From Camelus dromedarius (taxonomy: Eukaryota), in assembly GCF_036321535.1 (NCBI RefSeq), contig NC_087446.1, forward strand, positions 248,001-312,000: a DNA stretch of 64,000 bases, in the 5' to 3' direction. How positions within the stretch are numbered: the first letter of the stretch is position 1; every line of letters begins with the position of its first letter. The position numbers were made by a program, and so were the translations under genes. The notes beneath the pieces are model-generated. The model was not told where the DNA came from, did no database searches, and worked only from the letters and a program-made list of their open reading frames with translations. Positions 60,831 to 64,000 of this stretch are shown here, piece after piece.

Positions 60831-62149
60831 TTTTCTCTATATTGAGTGATACTGACCATTTTGTTGGCCTATTGTGAGAACAGCAGTGACCGCACAGGCC
60901 CCCTGCGGACCCAGGCCTTCAGGGGCAGCCAGGCCACTGCTGGCCACACTCCAGGAGCTGTGGTCTGGGCACAATCACAGACCTTCCTGTTTCAGTCCAA
61001 GCCTTGAGCCTGAAGTTTAGGGACCTGAACTGGTTGTACTCCCGTGGGCCATCTGTGCCCCTAGAAGCAGCCCTCCTCCCCTGGTGCCTGCCCCCAGTGG
61101 TCCCCATGACCTGTCCAGGGCTGCAGAGCCTGTAAGCAGCAGCTCTGCCCCTGCAGGCCAAGAGCCGCCTCCAACCCTCGCAGGGCGTTCGCAATGTTCG
61201 GCCCCAAATGGGCCTGATAACAAGTCCTAGGTTCCTCTTGGACTCTCGTTGCTTGCAACCACTTTCTTGAAGGAAACTGGCTCATTTCAAGAGAAATATA
61301 ACTCATTAGAAGGGTGCTGGAAGGCCACAGTTGGCACAGGAGGGGCTGGAGGAGGGGCTGTGTGCAGCGAGCGGGCATCAGGGCAAAGCCGAGCCCCCTT
61401 CTTTCTGCGGGCTCCTCAGTGGCCCCAGTGCCTGCGCCCCCGACCCCGTAAGGCCTGGCAGTCCCCTGGGTAGACAGAAATATGGAGGCCCTGGCCCCCA
61501 CTCCCCCAAACCTTGGGGCCCTTCTGCAGGTGGCCAGGTTAGGGTCTGCAGGGCCACAGAGAGGCTCAGGGGTGGGGGGAGGTGGCCACTCCTGCTCTGC
61601 ATGGAGGAGGCTCCTCTGGGATGGCAGACTGCCGGGCCTCGCCCCCAGCTTTGGGCTCCCGGTTCTCTTCCCCCGCAGCATCCTCAGAGACCTGCCTCTC
61701 TAGCACCCCCTGCACCCCACAAGCAGCTCTAGGGAGAGACCCCCCTTGGCAGCCTGCACCTGCCCTGCCTGGGCTCAAAAGCTGAAGGGGCTGCAGCTGG
61801 GGAGGCTGCCTGGGGATGGTACGAGGAAGCCCAGGGTAGGCAGTGATGCTCCAGAAGGAAGCACAGTGAGCGGGGAGGATCTTGGGCAAAGCCTTCTAGC
61901 ATACCTGAGCCAGCCCTCTCCTGATGGCGGCACAAGGGTAGGGCCAGGAGGGGTTTGGGCAGGACTGGAGGGCGGGGCCATGCAGCAGCCGGGCAAGGCA
62001 GGGTCAGGGCAGTGGGCAATGGAGGTGGACATTCAAGTGATTGGGTCTTCAGCCTCAGCACGAGGATTCAAAATACAATTTCCCACTTGGAGAAACCAAG
62101 GTTTGCTGGAGAAATGGCCGATTCCACGTCTAGGGCAGCCTTTGTGGTA

Positions 62150-62550
62150 AGCTGAAAAACGGCCAAATGTAACCTTACTGTGCAAAAGCATCTTGCAGAT
62201 ATAACTAAGGCTCTTGTGATGAGGAGATCACCCTGGATAACCCGGGAGGGCCCTAAACACTTCACAAGCGTCTTCATAAGAGAGAGGCAGAGGGAGACTG
62301 ACACACAGAGAAGTCACGTAAAGAAGACAGAGCAAAGACACACAGCCACCAGCCCGGGGATCCTGGTGGCCACCTGCCTCTGGAAAAGCTATAGAAGACC
62401 CTCCCAGAGCCTCTAGAGGGCGCCTGTCCCTGCTCACACCTGGATCTCAGACTCCTGGCTTCCAGAACTTGACAGCACATTTCTATTGTTTCTTAAAACA
62501 AGTCACCATGTTTGTGGTAATCTGTCACAGTAGACACAGGATGTTAACAG
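62150..62550 (+). mobile_element. MLT1-family (MaLR) solo LTR
   Basis: gagatcaccctggataacccgggagggccctaa..agagaggcagagggaga..gactcctggcttccagaact..tttgtggtaatctgtcacag. Confidence 0.75.
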
Positions 62551-62930
62551 TCTGGGCATCTTGTTACACCAGATGGCAAGACAACCCCGAGACGGTGTCA
62601 GAAGGACCCAGGAGCCCACCTGCAAGCCCCTCCCCAACCCTGACTGAGCACCAGAAAGATATCAGTTCACTGAGGTGAAGCACAAGTAGCTAACATCTCT
62701 GCGTTCTTGATACAGAAGCAGACAACTTGATCATGTTTGAAGGATGCTGGGGAGCCAGCTCTTGCAAATTGGTAAGTTGAGAGAAAGACAAGAGCATTTA
62801 TTTGCCTCTCCTGCACGAACAGTATCCAAACTGCACTGGCAGATTCACACTTTACCACCCGCCAGGTTCTACGAGGGAAGCGGCTGTTCTTACGCCAATG
62901 GGGAAGGACACCCTTAGACTACCCTGAGGC

Positions 62931-62976
62931 CACACACACACACATGCACACACACGCACACACAGACACACACACT
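62931..62976. repeat. Imperfect (CA)n microsatellite
   Basis: Directly visible. Confidence 0.85.
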
Positions 62977-63575
62977 CCCCAGCTGTACCTCCTACTAAAG
63001 CCAGCTTCCATCCCCAACAAGCCAAACCTGAAACTGAGTAAGCCTCTGAATTCTTTTACTAATTAGCAGGAAATACAGAGAAAACACTGCTGGGTACTGA
63101 GGGGCTGCAATCCGTGAACTCCCACAGGAAACTCCCAGACCAACAACCCACTTTCTTCAGAGATAAACGCTGGGGTGGCAGCGGCTGGCGCTCCCTGCAG
63201 CGCTGAGGGTTACTCCTGGGGGATGAAGCCACAGGGAGGAGGTGACTGTCCAGCCAAGGTGAGGCCGCACCTTGGGGCACCCAGAAAACCAGCCTGGGGG
63301 GCTCTTCAGGGTTGTGTGTTCATTTTATGTTTCTGTAGTGTGTTCTTCTAGCTCACAGATGTTGTGTTTTGTTTAAGGAGACCAAGCCCAGAGGGCTCAG
63401 GGACTGTTTCAAGAATGTGGAGGTGAGCAAGGTGAACCCAGGTTCTGATGCCAGAGCTCAGAGGACTAGTGAGATGCTTATGGCGGCAGCAACAGCAGGA
63501 CGTGTATCCAAGAGGCCGCACACGGACTGAGTGTCCGCCTCAGTGAGGCTCCGACTCACAGGCTGCCTCAAGGTC

Positions 63576-63581
63576 TTTATT
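63576..63581 (-). terminator. MIOX polyadenylation signal
   Basis: tttatt on +, ~135 nt past the MIOX stop. Confidence 0.7.
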
Positions 63582-63715
63582 GCCACCAGGTCAGGGAGTG
63601 CAGCCCATAGGTGGGCACAGTGGGGGCCCCTGGAAAGGCCAGGCAGGCCATCACTGTGCCTGACGGGGACCATCATCAGATGCCCGGCCAGGCCTGCACA
63701 GGGCGGGCAGGCCGG

Positions 63716-64000
63716 TCACCAGCGCAGGACGCCAGGGCAGTACTTATCGATGAGCCCCTGGTAGTAGGGCCGGAGATCGTCCACGTCAGGCAGGTCAGGG
63801 CACTTGGTGTAGAGATCGAACTTGCTGCATTGGGGGAGGTGTGGTGCCTCGTGAAACCCCTCCATGCACCCTTCTTGTCCCCGTCCCCCGTTCCCTCCCC
63901 CCCATCCCCCCCAGGTACAGCCCTACTTGAACTCCCGCACCCAGGGCAGCATGGCCAGGTCCCGCGCACTGCACAGCTGCCGGTAGTCGCCACCCGTGTG
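63716..64000 (-). CDS. MIOX: Myo-inositol oxygenase, last two coding exons (gene continues beyond the window)
   Basis: Partial exon 64000-63927 (HTGGDYRQLCSARDLAMLPWVREFN), GT-AG intron, then exon 63824-63716 (KFDLYTKCPDLPDVDDLRPYYQGLIDKYCPGVLRW*). Confidence 0.95.

Noticed and set aside
60919-61681. Minus-strand ORFs (91 and 206 aa) between LMF2 and MIOX as a possible processed pseudogene
   Set aside because: No recognisable homology, polyA tail or TSD.

Overview
Mammalian genomic DNA, most likely a camelid (camel/alpaca). That call is inferred from tRNA-derived Vic-1-type SINEs and the L1 tail sequence; there are three N-gaps. The window is syntenic, in reverse orientation, with the human 22q13.33 cluster: SYCE3 last coding exon (+), intronless KLHDC7B (-, 1208 aa), an ~18 kb repeat-rich interval, ODF3B/CIMAP1B (+, 253 aa), a heavily decayed unitary TYMP (thymidine phosphorylase) pseudogene (+), SCO2 (+, 266 aa), NCAPH2 (-, 20 exons, 603 aa), LMF2 (+, 14 exons, 699 aa, head-to-head with NCAPH2), and the last two exons of MIOX (-). 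All intact genes were rebuilt exon by exon, with consistent phases and splice signals. The main result is the loss of TYMP: no start codon, frameshifts, stops, broken splice sites and a deleted phosphate-binding motif. Its CpG-island promoter and exon-1 donor appear retained, and I found no canonical polyA signal until the end of SCO2, which suggests an ODF3B-psiTYMP-SCO2 read-through or promoter-donation arrangement. Comparisons with human proteins and exon lengths are from recalled sequences, not from an alignment run here.
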